Part shown: piece by piece, positions 28,232-37,465 of the stretch
How positions within the stretch are numbered: position 1 is the first letter of the stretch
Layout of the letters: the number at the start of each line of letters is the position of its first letter
Source: a virus
Taxonomy: Duplodnaviria; Caudoviricetes
Direction: 5' to 3' (one strand)
DNA: 42,023 bases
Virus record (IMG/VR): IMGVR_UViG_3300032332_000812
Coordinates: 1-42,023 of that record
Notes under the pieces: generated by a model
Seen by the model: only the letters and a program-made list of their open reading frames with translations
Told to the model about the DNA's origin: nothing
Database searches by the model: none
Made by a program: the position numbers and the translations under genes

Positions 28232-29043
28232 TATTTGACTGGTCCAACAACGAAAACAAAGGTATATGGTTTGGCATGGTACCCATGATGATGCTGGGTG
28301 CTGCCACTGTGGCCTTGTTTGCCACCGGAACTATTCCCTTGGTGTACCTATGGGCCACGCTGTTCATGTGGATCATGATATCGGGTCTGGGCGTGGCAGT
28401 GGGATATCATCGTGTGTTCAGTCATCGCACACACAAATTGCCGGTGTGGAAAGAAAACATCATATTATGGTTTGGTGCCTTGAGCGCACAGGGTTCGGCA
28501 CTGTTTTGGGTGGCAGTACATCGCGGATATCATCATCCCTATGCAGACACTGAACGTGACGTACACAGTCCGGTGGTGTATGGTAAATGGCATGCATTTC
28601 TGGGCTGGATCAATCCGGATACCTTTGCCAAGGTCAATCTCAAATATTCAATCGATCTTTTAAAGAAACCCAATTTCACCTGGTTCCACAAGTACAACTA
28701 CGAAGTGCTATGGGGTACACCCTTGGTGATCGCCCTGTTTGATTGGCGCTTGGCAATGGCTGCATGCTTCTTGCCTGGCTTGATTGGACTCTTACAAGAC
28801 AACCTGGTCAATGTGGTTGGGCATACTCGACTGCTGATTGGATACAGAAATTTCGAAACTCGAGACCAAAGTCAGAACAATTTTCTCTGGGGTTATTTTG
28901 GGTGGGGGCAAGGATGGCACAATAACCATCATGCCAAGCCAGCCGAATATGACTTTGGCCGCACAGTGAGCGGTCGGTGGTGGGAGTTTGATCCGGCAGT
29001 TATTTTCTTACCATTCTTGGGTAAACCCACCAGAAGCACTTGA
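28228..29043 (+). CDS. Membrane fatty-acid (delta-9-type) desaturase
   Basis: His boxes GYHRVFSH, HRGYHH and WHNNHH; D.HSP; hydrophobic segments. Confidence 0.93.
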   Translation: MIFDWSNNENKGIWFGMVPMMMLGAATVALFATGTIPLVYLWATLFMWIMISGLGVAVGYHRVFSHRTHKLPVWKENIILWFGALSAQGSALFWVAVHRGYHHPYADTERDVHSPVVYGKWHAFLGWINPDTFAKVNLKYSIDLLKKPNFTWFHKYNYEVLWGTPLVIALFDWRLAMAACFLPGLIGLLQDNLVNVVGHTRLLIGYRNFETRDQSQNNFLWGYFGWGQGWHNNHHAKPAEYDFGRTVSGRWWEFDPAVIFLPFLGKPTRST

Positions 29044-29068
29044 CACTGAGTCACAAACATAGTACACT
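29040..29068 (+). promoter_or_regulatory. Sigma70-like promoter
   Basis: TTGACA-17 nt-TACACT. Confidence 0.7.
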
Positions 29069-29096
29069 GTGTTATTAACACTAACCGAGGTTTACT

Positions 29097-29246
29097 ATGT
29101 TTGAATCAATCGAAATCCGCAAAGTAGCAAATGGTTTCATACTTGTTGTGACCACACAAGATGACACAAAAGAATACGTATACGACACCAGCCGCAAAGC
29201 CCTGCGTGTGATCAAAGAATATCTAGAAGCTAAATCAACAAGCTAA
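29097..29246 (+). CDS. 49-aa hypothetical protein (missing from ORF track)
   Basis: GAGG RBS; MFESIEIRKVANGFILVVTTQDDTKEYVYDTSRKALRVIKEYLEAKSTS. Confidence 0.7.
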   Translation: MFESIEIRKVANGFILVVTTQDDTKEYVYDTSRKALRVIKEYLEAKSTS

Positions 29247-29265
29247 GTATCAAATAGGAGATTCA

Positions 29266-30306
29266 ATGAGTAAGAGAGTACTTGTCACCGGCGGTGCCGG
29301 TTTCATCGCACATCATGTAATAGACAAAATCCTAACAGAAACTGATTGGGAAATCGTCTGCTTGGACCGACTGGATATTTCCGGTAACCTAAATCGTCTG
29401 CATGATGTATTGCAAGATCATGATGCTGGCATGATATCAAGACGCATGAGTATCGTGTTCCATGATCTCAAGGCCGAATTAAACGAGATGATTGTCAAGG
29501 ACATTGGCAGCATTGATATTGTGTTACACTTGGCAGCAGGTAGCCATGTAGATCGCAGCATCACTTATCCCATGGAATTTGTGTTGGACAACACTGTGGG
29601 CACAGTCAACATGCTGGAGTATGCTCGTAAATATCTACCCAACTTGGAGCGTTTTGTCTACTTCAGTACAGACGAGATCTTTGGTGTTGCACCACCTGGG
29701 GTCAGCTATCGAGAATACGATCGCTACAACAGCACCAATCCCTACAGCGCCAGCAAGGCGGCCGCAGAAGAATTCTGCGTAGCATATGAGAACACCTACA
29801 AGCTGCCCATTGTGGTGACACACACCATGAATGTGTTTGGTGAACGTCAGCACCCTGAGAAGTTTATCCCCATGTGTATACAACGTGCCAGAGACGGCGA
29901 AAGAGTTTACATCCATGCCAATCCTGCCAAGACCGAAGCCGGTACACGCATGTATATCCATGCCAGAGATGTAGCCGAAGGCCTGATGTTTATCTTGAAC
30001 ACATTGCCAAGAGATTACCAACACACCGGTGACTACGGTACTGCACATTGTCCCAAGTTTAATCTGGTGGGCACAGAAGAGATTGATAATCTAAGCCTGG
30101 CACAGATGATTGCTGCTGCACAAGGCAAAGAATTGAATTATGAAATGGTTGACTTCCATGGCAGTCGCCCCGGCCATGACCTGCGGTATGCACTGGATGG
30201 CGGCCTGTTAAAGAGCCTGGGCTGGGAACCACGTATCAAACTGAGTGAGCGTATTGCAGAAATGGTACAGTGGACCTTGCAAAACAAAAGGTGGTTGAGC
30301 AAATGA
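29266..30306 (+). CDS. rmlB: dTDP-glucose 4,6-dehydratase-like extended SDR
   Basis: TGGAGFIA, HLAAGSHVDRSI, STDE, YSASK, HPEKFIP, RPGHDLRY. Confidence 0.9.
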   Translation: MSKRVLVTGGAGFIAHHVIDKILTETDWEIVCLDRLDISGNLNRLHDVLQDHDAGMISRRMSIVFHDLKAELNEMIVKDIGSIDIVLHLAAGSHVDRSITYPMEFVLDNTVGTVNMLEYARKYLPNLERFVYFSTDEIFGVAPPGVSYREYDRYNSTNPYSASKAAAEEFCVAYENTYKLPIVVTHTMNVFGERQHPEKFIPMCIQRARDGERVYIHANPAKTEAGTRMYIHARDVAEGLMFILNTLPRDYQHTGDYGTAHCPKFNLVGTEEIDNLSLAQMIAAAQGKELNYEMVDFHGSRPGHDLRYALDGGLLKSLGWEPRIKLSERIAEMVQWTLQNKRWLSK

Positions 30307-31025
30307 TACGTTCAGTTTTTATGATCACCAGCGCCATCAATACCAAATTTGGTGTGTACTCTAGCGAGCAACGACTGGAACAGACTCTGGCTACTATTGC
30401 CAGTGTGCGCAAACATGTGCCCGATGCTAGAATATTTCTACTAGAAATGGCTGGCTTGCCACTGAGTGCCGAGCAGGCTGCAACTCTTGGTGCCCAAGTA
30501 GAAAGCGTACTGGATTTCACCGGCGATCCCGATGTGGTCGGACTGTATAACAGTACTGACAACTGGGACGTGGTAAAAAATGTCACAGAAGTCATGTGCT
30601 TCAGCAAGGCACTGAAACGACTGCATCGTGATGCCATCAAATTTGAAAACACAGATCGTGTGTTCAAGTTGAGTGGACGTTATCTACTGAACAACCAATT
30701 TGATCTTGGTTGGTACGACAACTACAGAACACAGCACCTGATCACTGTGGGAGTCAGCCGAGGCAGTCAATTCCCATATGCTACTACCCTGGTAGAACGA
30801 CAGTACATGAGTCGTTTGTGGTCCTGGCCCACCAAGCTCACCGACGAAGTGATTGACATGTATGATCGCGGCCTGGTGTACATGGGCGAGCGCCTGGCGC
30901 AAGGAGGTTATGTGGATATCGAACACATGTTGTACAAATTCCTAGACCCCACAAAACTGATAGAAAAACAAATTTTAGGCCTAGAAGGCAATATCGCTCC
31001 CAATGGAGCAGCAGTACAAGACTAA
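30303..31025 (+). CDS. Hypothetical glycosyltransferase-like protein
   Basis: ITSAIN, RLEQTLATIAS, FKLSGRY, DIEH; sugar-cluster context. Confidence 0.55.
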   Translation: MIRSVFMITSAINTKFGVYSSEQRLEQTLATIASVRKHVPDARIFLLEMAGLPLSAEQAATLGAQVESVLDFTGDPDVVGLYNSTDNWDVVKNVTEVMCFSKALKRLHRDAIKFENTDRVFKLSGRYLLNNQFDLGWYDNYRTQHLITVGVSRGSQFPYATTLVERQYMSRLWSWPTKLTDEVIDMYDRGLVYMGERLAQGGYVDIEHMLYKFLDPTKLIEKQILGLEGNIAPNGAAVQD

Positions 31026-31026
31026 T

Positions 31027-32250
31027 ATGAAAACCTACACCAATTGCAATGCCTGTGGCAGCGAACACTTGACGCCAGTGCTGGATCTAAATCGCCAACC
31101 CTTGGCCAACAGTTTCCTATCGGCTGGAAACATGTCAGAAGACACTTACGAACTGGCAGTGGCGCTGTGCAACGATTGCTGTCACTTGCAGTTGACAGTG
31201 GCAATTGATCCGGATCTCATGTTCCGTAATTATCTTTATGTGAGTGGCACCAGCCAAACACATCGTGATTACATGCAGTGGTTTGCTGGCTTTGCTGCTG
31301 AATACTATACAAATCAAAGCCTAGTACATGCCAAGGTCTTGGACATTGGCTGCAACGACGGCACACAGTTGGACTTTTTTAAGAACCTGAGTGCCGACAC
31401 ATACGGAATTGATCCTGCTACCAATCTCTATGCCACCAGCAGCCAAAATCACAAAGTCACATGTGACTACTTTGGCGCAGACATGGCCGATGAGTTTGTG
31501 AAACAGAATGGCAGGATGAATCTAATAGTGGCGCAAAACAGCTTTGCACACAATCATGATCCACTAGCATACCTGCAGGCCATTAAAAAAGTTCTAGCAG
31601 TAAACGGCTTGATGTTTATCAGTACTAGTCAAGCAGACATGGTGCTGAACAATGAGTTTGATACCATCTATCATGAGCATGTTAATTTTTTCAATATCAA
31701 CAGCATGCACCGGTTGTGCCAACGTGCCGGATTAAACTTGATTGATGTGGTCAAGCATCCCATACATGGTACCAGCTATATCTTTGTCATCAGCCCGTCT
31801 GTGGCACACCCTGGGCGCATACGCAACTTTATTGAGCTGGAACGAGATCAAGGTCTACTAGATCCCAAGACATATCACCAGTGGGCACGTAATGTACGTG
31901 CCATGGTTGATGAGCTCAAGCAGGTATTACAACAGTATCGCAGTGATGGATATCTGCTGGTGGGCTATGGTGCTGCGGCCAAAGGTAATACCTTGCTGAA
32001 TTTTGTTGACGAGCGACTGGATGTCATAATTGATGACAACCCACTCAAGCAGGGCAAGTACAGCCCAGGCCAACACATTCCTGTTGTGGCCATTGGTTAT
32101 TTGGACCATGTGTTGGTCAACCGAGCCATAGCATTTGTTCCGCTGGCATGGAATTTCTACACTGAAATCAAGCAGCGCATACAACGCAAACGCACAAATT
32201 CGCTAGATTGTTTTGTGCGATATTTTCCCAATGTAAGAGTAGAAACATGA
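31027..32250 (+). CDS. NDP-hexose C-methyltransferase (Zn-finger + SAM + C-terminal domain)
   Basis: CNACG, QPLAN, C..C.HLQL, LDIGCNDG, FDTIYHEH, HGTS, YGAAAKGNT, DDNPLKQG..PG, LAWNF. Confidence 0.9.
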   Translation: MKTYTNCNACGSEHLTPVLDLNRQPLANSFLSAGNMSEDTYELAVALCNDCCHLQLTVAIDPDLMFRNYLYVSGTSQTHRDYMQWFAGFAAEYYTNQSLVHAKVLDIGCNDGTQLDFFKNLSADTYGIDPATNLYATSSQNHKVTCDYFGADMADEFVKQNGRMNLIVAQNSFAHNHDPLAYLQAIKKVLAVNGLMFISTSQADMVLNNEFDTIYHEHVNFFNINSMHRLCQRAGLNLIDVVKHPIHGTSYIFVISPSVAHPGRIRNFIELERDQGLLDPKTYHQWARNVRAMVDELKQVLQQYRSDGYLLVGYGAAAKGNTLLNFVDERLDVIIDDNPLKQGKYSPGQHIPVVAIGYLDHVLVNRAIAFVPLAWNFYTEIKQRIQRKRTNSLDCFVRYFPNVRVET

Positions 32251-33104
32251 ACATATTGGTAATTAGACAAGGAGCCCTAGGCGACGTAATCATGACCACA
32301 GGCGTGGTACGTGCCTTGGGTGAGCGATATACTGGTGCAGTGATTGATGTGGCCACCGACAGTCCCGAAGTATTCCGCAGCAGCACCCGAGTGAGAACTG
32401 CTGCTCCGGGTGGTGTTTTTAATCGCAGTGACTATGATCTAGTGGTTGACTTGGACCAGGCATACGAGTTGTCGCCCGGACAGCATGCCATTGATGCGTA
32501 TGCTGCTCGTGCAGGTATCGATCCCGCCACGACAGACCTGCACACCGAACTGTTTGTTGAACCCGAGGACCATGCTTTCCTGGCACAGGCCAACTTGCCC
32601 GAACGATTCGTTGTCTTTCATCAGCGCCAGCATTTCTGGCCCAATCGCAACCTGCCCGGTGATTTCTATATCGAGCTGGCCAGCAAGATTATTGGCTTGA
32701 CTGGGCATGCGGTGGTACAGATTGGTGGCAATCAAGATTACACATTTGGTACCATTGATGGTTGTCTATATGATCTCACACATCAATTGACTCTGCACCA
32801 GACCGCTGCTCTTATCAGTCGTGCTAGAGCATTTGTTGGAGTTGATGCTGGGCCCATGCACATAGCATCAGCAACTGCAACACCTATTGTTGCCATGTTC
32901 ACCAGTGTGCGAGCCGAGTATAGAGAAGCTAGAGATCGTCCAGTACCGCATATCAGTATTGCCAGCGCAATTGACTGCTATGGTTGTGTAGAGCGTTTAC
33001 CGGTACCGCTGACACAGTATCATTGTGAGCGCGGCGATGCTGAATGTACACGTAGATTTTCAGCTGATGCAATCATTGAACAATTAAAAACCTTACTAGT
33101 ATGA
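32247..33104 (+). CDS. GT9 (heptosyltransferase-like) glycosyltransferase
   Basis: ILVIRQGALGDVI, L.QTAALI, FVGVDAGPMHIASA. Confidence 0.88.
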   Translation: MNILVIRQGALGDVIMTTGVVRALGERYTGAVIDVATDSPEVFRSSTRVRTAAPGGVFNRSDYDLVVDLDQAYELSPGQHAIDAYAARAGIDPATTDLHTELFVEPEDHAFLAQANLPERFVVFHQRQHFWPNRNLPGDFYIELASKIIGLTGHAVVQIGGNQDYTFGTIDGCLYDLTHQLTLHQTAALISRARAFVGVDAGPMHIASATATPIVAMFTSVRAEYREARDRPVPHISIASAIDCYGCVERLPVPLTQYHCERGDAECTRRFSADAIIEQLKTLLV

Positions 33105-33919
33105 AGAAATTAAACAATGTCACATTGGTCATGCAAGAAACCATGTACCATGACCTTGCACAACGATCACTGGAATATACCCTGGATCGTTGTGAGTTTG
33201 CCGAAGTGGTCACATTCAGTGACCGAGATATCTTGCCCGGTGCTCGCAATGTAAAAATAGAACACTTCCCGTCGGTCAGTGACTACTGTGAATTTATGTT
33301 GCGAGGTATGTTGCCGCATATCAATACCGAGTTCATGTTGTTCCAACAATGGGATGCCATGGTGCATGATGCCGCAGCCTGGCAAGATCAATTCTTAGAC
33401 TATGACTATATCGGCGCACGTTGGCCATGGTGGCCCGAGGGAATTAATATAGGCAATGGTGGATTCAGCCTGCGCAGTCACCGCCTGTTGGCAGCACTAC
33501 AAGATCCTATTATACAGATGCAGCCCGATAATCCCCATGCTGAACATGAAGATCAGCTGATTGGTATGGAACATCGAGTGTATCTGACTCACAAATATGG
33601 TATTCGATATCCGCACTCGGAATTGGCTAGACAGTTCAGTTACGAAGTTGGCGAATATGTTCCCAGCTGGGGATTTCATGGACCGTGGAACGTGATAAAA
33701 TTTTGTGACGATGCCACTGTTGAATATTTCGTTGAGCACATGAACTACAAGGGCTGGAATCATTTCAAATGGCACCATGTATTGTTTGCCTTGATCAAGC
33801 GCGGTCGCCAGGATCTAGTTGAACAGGTTACACTCAAGATGACCGCACACGGAGCAGAACATGTCAGTCGTGTACTAAAGATGTTAGAGTCAAATATTTT
33901 TGACAACTACATATATTAA
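33101..33919 (+). CDS. DUF5672-like putative glycosyltransferase
   Basis: QWD, FLDYDYIGARW, GNGGFSLRS, ED, A.QFSYE, GFH. Confidence 0.8.
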   Translation: MKKLNNVTLVMQETMYHDLAQRSLEYTLDRCEFAEVVTFSDRDILPGARNVKIEHFPSVSDYCEFMLRGMLPHINTEFMLFQQWDAMVHDAAAWQDQFLDYDYIGARWPWWPEGINIGNGGFSLRSHRLLAALQDPIIQMQPDNPHAEHEDQLIGMEHRVYLTHKYGIRYPHSELARQFSYEVGEYVPSWGFHGPWNVIKFCDDATVEYFVEHMNYKGWNHFKWHHVLFALIKRGRQDLVEQVTLKMTAHGAEHVSRVLKMLESNIFDNYIY

Positions 33920-33932
33920 CTTAAATATCTAC

Positions 33933-34544
33933 ATGACCAATAAAACATTTGATCCTGCAAGGCATGTGGGAACAGAAACCAGCAAAAGCTATCGATACCT
34001 AATAGACTCGGGATTCATGCAACGCTACTTCAGTGGCGACAACATCGTTGAAATTGGTTATTCGGGCGGCAACGGTGCAGTGCCCATAACAGAAAACGCC
34101 ATCGGAATTGATCGAAACTATCCCGGATATGATGGTGTACACTTGCCATTTCCGGACCTGAGCCAAGACACTGTCTACTCTAGTCACTGCCTAGAGCACC
34201 TGCCCAATCCACAAACAGCCTTGGCTGACTGGTTTCGTGTTGTGCGAGTTGGCGGACACCTGATCATTGCAGTGCCGCATCAACAACTGTACGAAAAGAA
34301 AATGATGATGCCTAGCCGTTACAGCCATGAGCACCTGAAGTTCTACATGCCCAGCACCTTACTACTAGATATCGAGCGAGCATTGCCATTTGGTGAGTGG
34401 CGCCTGCGCGGCCTATACGACAACGACATGGGATTTGATTACTCGCTATCAGCATATGAACACAGCACTGGCTGTTTAGAAATCATAGCCATCATTGAGC
34501 GTATACCTCGGCATGCCTACATTGGTCAAATGCTGACATCTTAA
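33933..34544 (+). CDS. Class I SAM-dependent methyltransferase
   Basis: VEIGYSGG, LPFPD.SQD.VYSSHCLEH, RVVRVGGHL; TAAATA 5 nt before ATG 33933. Confidence 0.85.
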   Translation: MTNKTFDPARHVGTETSKSYRYLIDSGFMQRYFSGDNIVEIGYSGGNGAVPITENAIGIDRNYPGYDGVHLPFPDLSQDTVYSSHCLEHLPNPQTALADWFRVVRVGGHLIIAVPHQQLYEKKMMMPSRYSHEHLKFYMPSTLLLDIERALPFGEWRLRGLYDNDMGFDYSLSAYEHSTGCLEIIAIIERIPRHAYIGQMLTS

Positions 34545-34561
34545 AAATAAAAAGGTAAATT

Positions 34562-35719
34562 ATGAAATTTAGATTACATGTACTGGGCGTTCCACACACC
34601 ATCAGCAACAAAGATTACGTGGCCTGTGCGTTCACGCAAAAGGTAGTCAAGTTCTGCGCCATGATGAAGGCCCGCGGACATACCATTATTCATTACGGAC
34701 ACGACCAGAGTGATGTTGAGTGCGATGAAAATGTTGCGGTCACCAACAACGAACAATTGGAAAAAGCCTATGGTGATCATGACTGGCGCGCCCAAGAATT
34801 CAAGTACGATATTAACGACAGTGCATACAAATTCTTCTATGAAAATGCCATACGTGAGATTGGCAAAAGAAAACAAAAGAATGATTTCCTGCTGTGTTTC
34901 TGGGGTTGGGGACACAAATCAATTGCTGATGCACACTCAGACATGTTGGTGGTAGAACCTGGCATCGGTTACCCTGGCGGCATCTTTGCACCCTATCGTG
35001 TATTTGAAAGTCAGAGCATCATGGCAGCTTGGTTTGGCATGAAAGGTGTCAGCGGCCCCGGTGAGTTCAGCTGGTATGATGCAGTTATTCCCAACTACTT
35101 TGATACCGCAGACTTTGACTTTCGAGAAGACAAAGAAGACTACTTCCTGTACCTGGGACGCATTGGTGAACACAAGGGCACACACATTGCCATTCAAGCC
35201 ACCGAAGCCATTGGTGCAAAATTAAAGATTGCTGGACAAGGTAACCTAGAGCGCATGGGCTACAAAAAGACGCCGGACCACGTGGAAGTTGTGGGCTATG
35301 CTGACCTAGAAAAACGCCGCCGACTCATGAGTGGAGCACGTGGGCAGTTTGTCATGACCTTGTACGGCGAGCCATTTGGTGGTGTGCAGATCGAAAGCAT
35401 GCTGAGTGGAACTCCGGTTATCAGTACTGACTGGGCCTGCTTTGGTGAACTGAATCTGCACGGGGTCACTGGCTATCGTTGTAGGACATTTGAGCAAGTG
35501 ACCTGGGCGGCGCGCAACATCGCCCGTATCAACCCCAAAAACTGTCGCGAGTGGGGCGAAAATTTCAACTTTGACAAGGTTGGACTCATGTACGAAGAAT
35601 ACTTCTACAGTATCGTAAACATACATGGTGGTAAAGGTTGGTATGAAACCAACCCGGGGCGCACCCAGCTGGACTGGCTCACACGCAAGTATCCCACACA
35701 TCCCAACCGGGAAATCTGA
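34562..35719 (+). CDS. GT4-family glycosyltransferase
   Basis: VIPN, YLGRIGEHKG, EPFGGVQIESMLSGTPVISTD. Confidence 0.9.
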   Translation: MKFRLHVLGVPHTISNKDYVACAFTQKVVKFCAMMKARGHTIIHYGHDQSDVECDENVAVTNNEQLEKAYGDHDWRAQEFKYDINDSAYKFFYENAIREIGKRKQKNDFLLCFWGWGHKSIADAHSDMLVVEPGIGYPGGIFAPYRVFESQSIMAAWFGMKGVSGPGEFSWYDAVIPNYFDTADFDFREDKEDYFLYLGRIGEHKGTHIAIQATEAIGAKLKIAGQGNLERMGYKKTPDHVEVVGYADLEKRRRLMSGARGQFVMTLYGEPFGGVQIESMLSGTPVISTDWACFGELNLHGVTGYRCRTFEQVTWAARNIARINPKNCREWGENFNFDKVGLMYEEYFYSIVNIHGGKGWYETNPGRTQLDWLTRKYPTHPNREI

Positions 35720-35739
35720 AATTTTGGGCTAATAGCCCG

Positions 35740-35768
35740 TTGACCATAAATAAAAACTCGTATATAAT
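35740..35768 (+). promoter_or_regulatory. Sigma70-like promoter with a late TAAATA inside the spacer
   Basis: TTGACC-17 nt-TATAAT. Confidence 0.75.
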
Positions 35769-35797
35769 TACGACATGTTAAGAAATTAACTAGGTTT

Positions 35798-35967
35798 AGG
35801 ATAGGTACAGCAACTAACCATTACTATGGATTGATTTACTTTCTCTGTTATTAGCTGGAGCCCGAAAGGGCTTTGAAGGTTGGTAACAATGCGCAAGCAA
35901 GGATCGTATTTCTAGAGGAGTTTCGATAAGTCTCCTCAATAAAAACAAAAAGTAGACAACTATCCTG
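35798..35967 (+). ncRNA. Putative structured RNA element 1 upstream of the Ro/TROVE-like gene
   Basis: Closing stem AGGATAG/CTATCCT; inner stems TTTACTTT/AAAGTAGA and TGTTATTAGCT/GGTTGGTAACA; hairpins GAGCCC-GAAA-GGGCTT, TGC-GCAA-GCA and GAGGAG/CTCCTC. Confidence 0.6.
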
Positions 35968-35976
35968 TTGAATAAT

Positions 35977-36030
35977 AGAATGTTAACAGCAATCTTATAT
36001 TTCACATCATCGAAAATAAAATACATTCTG
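35977..36030 (+). ncRNA. Putative structured RNA element 2 (short copy of the same motif)
   Basis: Stem AGAATGT/ACATTCT followed by NNACAGCAA and a 3' G, as in element 1. Confidence 0.55.
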
Positions 36031-36044
36031 AAAGGTAAAGTAAA

Positions 36045-37460
36045 ATGAACGCTTTTGTAACTGCAATCGCAAACCAAGAAGCCCGTACCGCTAACGGTAT
36101 GAAGGCCCGTAAGTCAACTGCCAGCAAGTGCGTTGACCTGTTCTACAACATCGGCGCAAGCCGTGGTAAGAACATTGTACCTGCATTCACTGCGGCCTAT
36201 GTCGAAAACTTCGACCTGGCCCTGCGTATCGCACAATGGGCACGTGATGTCCGTGGTGGTGCCGGCGAACGTGAACTGTTCCGTTCAATTCTAGTGCATC
36301 TAGAAAAGACTGATCCAGATGCTGCCATGGCTCTGCTGCGCAAGGTACCTGAAGTAGGTCGTTGGGATGACATCTTTGTGTTCTCGACTCCTACACTGAA
36401 GAGTGCTGCTTACACCATGTTGGGCGATGCTCTACGTGCTGAAAACGGCCTTGCTGCCAAGTGGACACCACGTAAGGGCAAGATCGCAGCAGAAGTCCGT
36501 GAGTTCTTCGGAATGAGCCCAAAGTTCTACCGTAAGAGCCTGGTGGCGTTGACCCGGGTCGTTGAAACACAAATGTGTGCCAAGGACTGGGACAATATCA
36601 ACTTCAACCATGTACCAAGCGTGGCTGCTCGTAACTACAAGAAGGCTTTCGGACGTAACACTCCAAAGTTTGCTGAGTACGTGGCTGCATTGGTCAAGGG
36701 TACACCTGGTGTGAAGGTTAACGCTAACGCGATTTTCCCACACGATGTATTGAAGGGACTGGTCAACATGTATGGTCGTAAGGAGCTGTCTAAGACAGAC
36801 TTGGATCACATCACTGCGCAATGGAACGCCTTGCCAAACTATGTTGGAGATGCTAGCATCTTGCCAATCGTAGACGTAAGCGGCTCTATGAGCTGCCCAG
36901 CGGGTGGTAAGGGTGATGTTACTTGTATGGATATTTCTGTTAGCCTTGGCTTGTACTTGGCTGATAAGAACAAGGGCGTGTTCAAGGACACTTTCTTGAC
37001 ATTCAGTGACAAGCCTAATTTGATGACTCTTCGGGGCGACATCGTCCAAAAGATGGATCAAATGGTACGTAGTGACTGGGGTATGAGCACAAACCTACAC
37101 AAGGCATTTGAAAAGATCCTGGATGTAGCAGTTAAGGGCAAGGCGCCACAAGAAGACATGCCAGCAATGGTACTAATCTTGAGCGACATGCAGTTTAACG
37201 CCTGTGTTCGCAACGATGACAGTGCCATGGAAATGATCGAACGCAAGTTTGAAGCAGCCGGATACACTGTACCAAAGGTTGTTTTCTGGAACCTAAACAG
37301 TTCTGGTAACGTACCAGTCAAGTCAGACAAGAGCGGCGCTGCTCTTGTAAGTGGATTCAGTCCAGCAATCATGGCTAGCTTGCTAGGCGCGGATGTTGAA
37401 CAATTCACTCCAGAAGGCATCATGCGTAAGACTGTAATGGTCCCACGCTACGATCTGTAA
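36045..37460 (+). CDS. TROVE/Ro60-like helical domain + vWA protein (DUF2828-like)
   Basis: WARDVRGGAGER, GRWDD, LAAKWTPR, VETQMC...VPSVA; MIDAS DVSGSM, TFS, STN, ILSDMQF, VFWNL, VSGFSP. Confidence 0.85.
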   Translation: MNAFVTAIANQEARTANGMKARKSTASKCVDLFYNIGASRGKNIVPAFTAAYVENFDLALRIAQWARDVRGGAGERELFRSILVHLEKTDPDAAMALLRKVPEVGRWDDIFVFSTPTLKSAAYTMLGDALRAENGLAAKWTPRKGKIAAEVREFFGMSPKFYRKSLVALTRVVETQMCAKDWDNINFNHVPSVAARNYKKAFGRNTPKFAEYVAALVKGTPGVKVNANAIFPHDVLKGLVNMYGRKELSKTDLDHITAQWNALPNYVGDASILPIVDVSGSMSCPAGGKGDVTCMDISVSLGLYLADKNKGVFKDTFLTFSDKPNLMTLRGDIVQKMDQMVRSDWGMSTNLHKAFEKILDVAVKGKAPQEDMPAMVLILSDMQFNACVRNDDSAMEMIERKFEAAGYTVPKVVFWNLNSSGNVPVKSDKSGAALVSGFSPAIMASLLGADVEQFTPEGIMRKTVMVPRYDL

Positions 37461-37465
37461 GCAAC

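Noticed and set aside
29266-35719. Bacterial LPS locus, i.e. a prophage boundary or chimeric assembly
   Set aside because: Interleaved with phage-type small ORFs and TAAATA promoters on the same strand; no integrase or host housekeeping genes
36432-37423. Long antisense ORFs (209 and 121 aa); similarly 18305-18979
   Set aside because: Shadows of strongly codon-biased + strand genes, with no RBS or motifs
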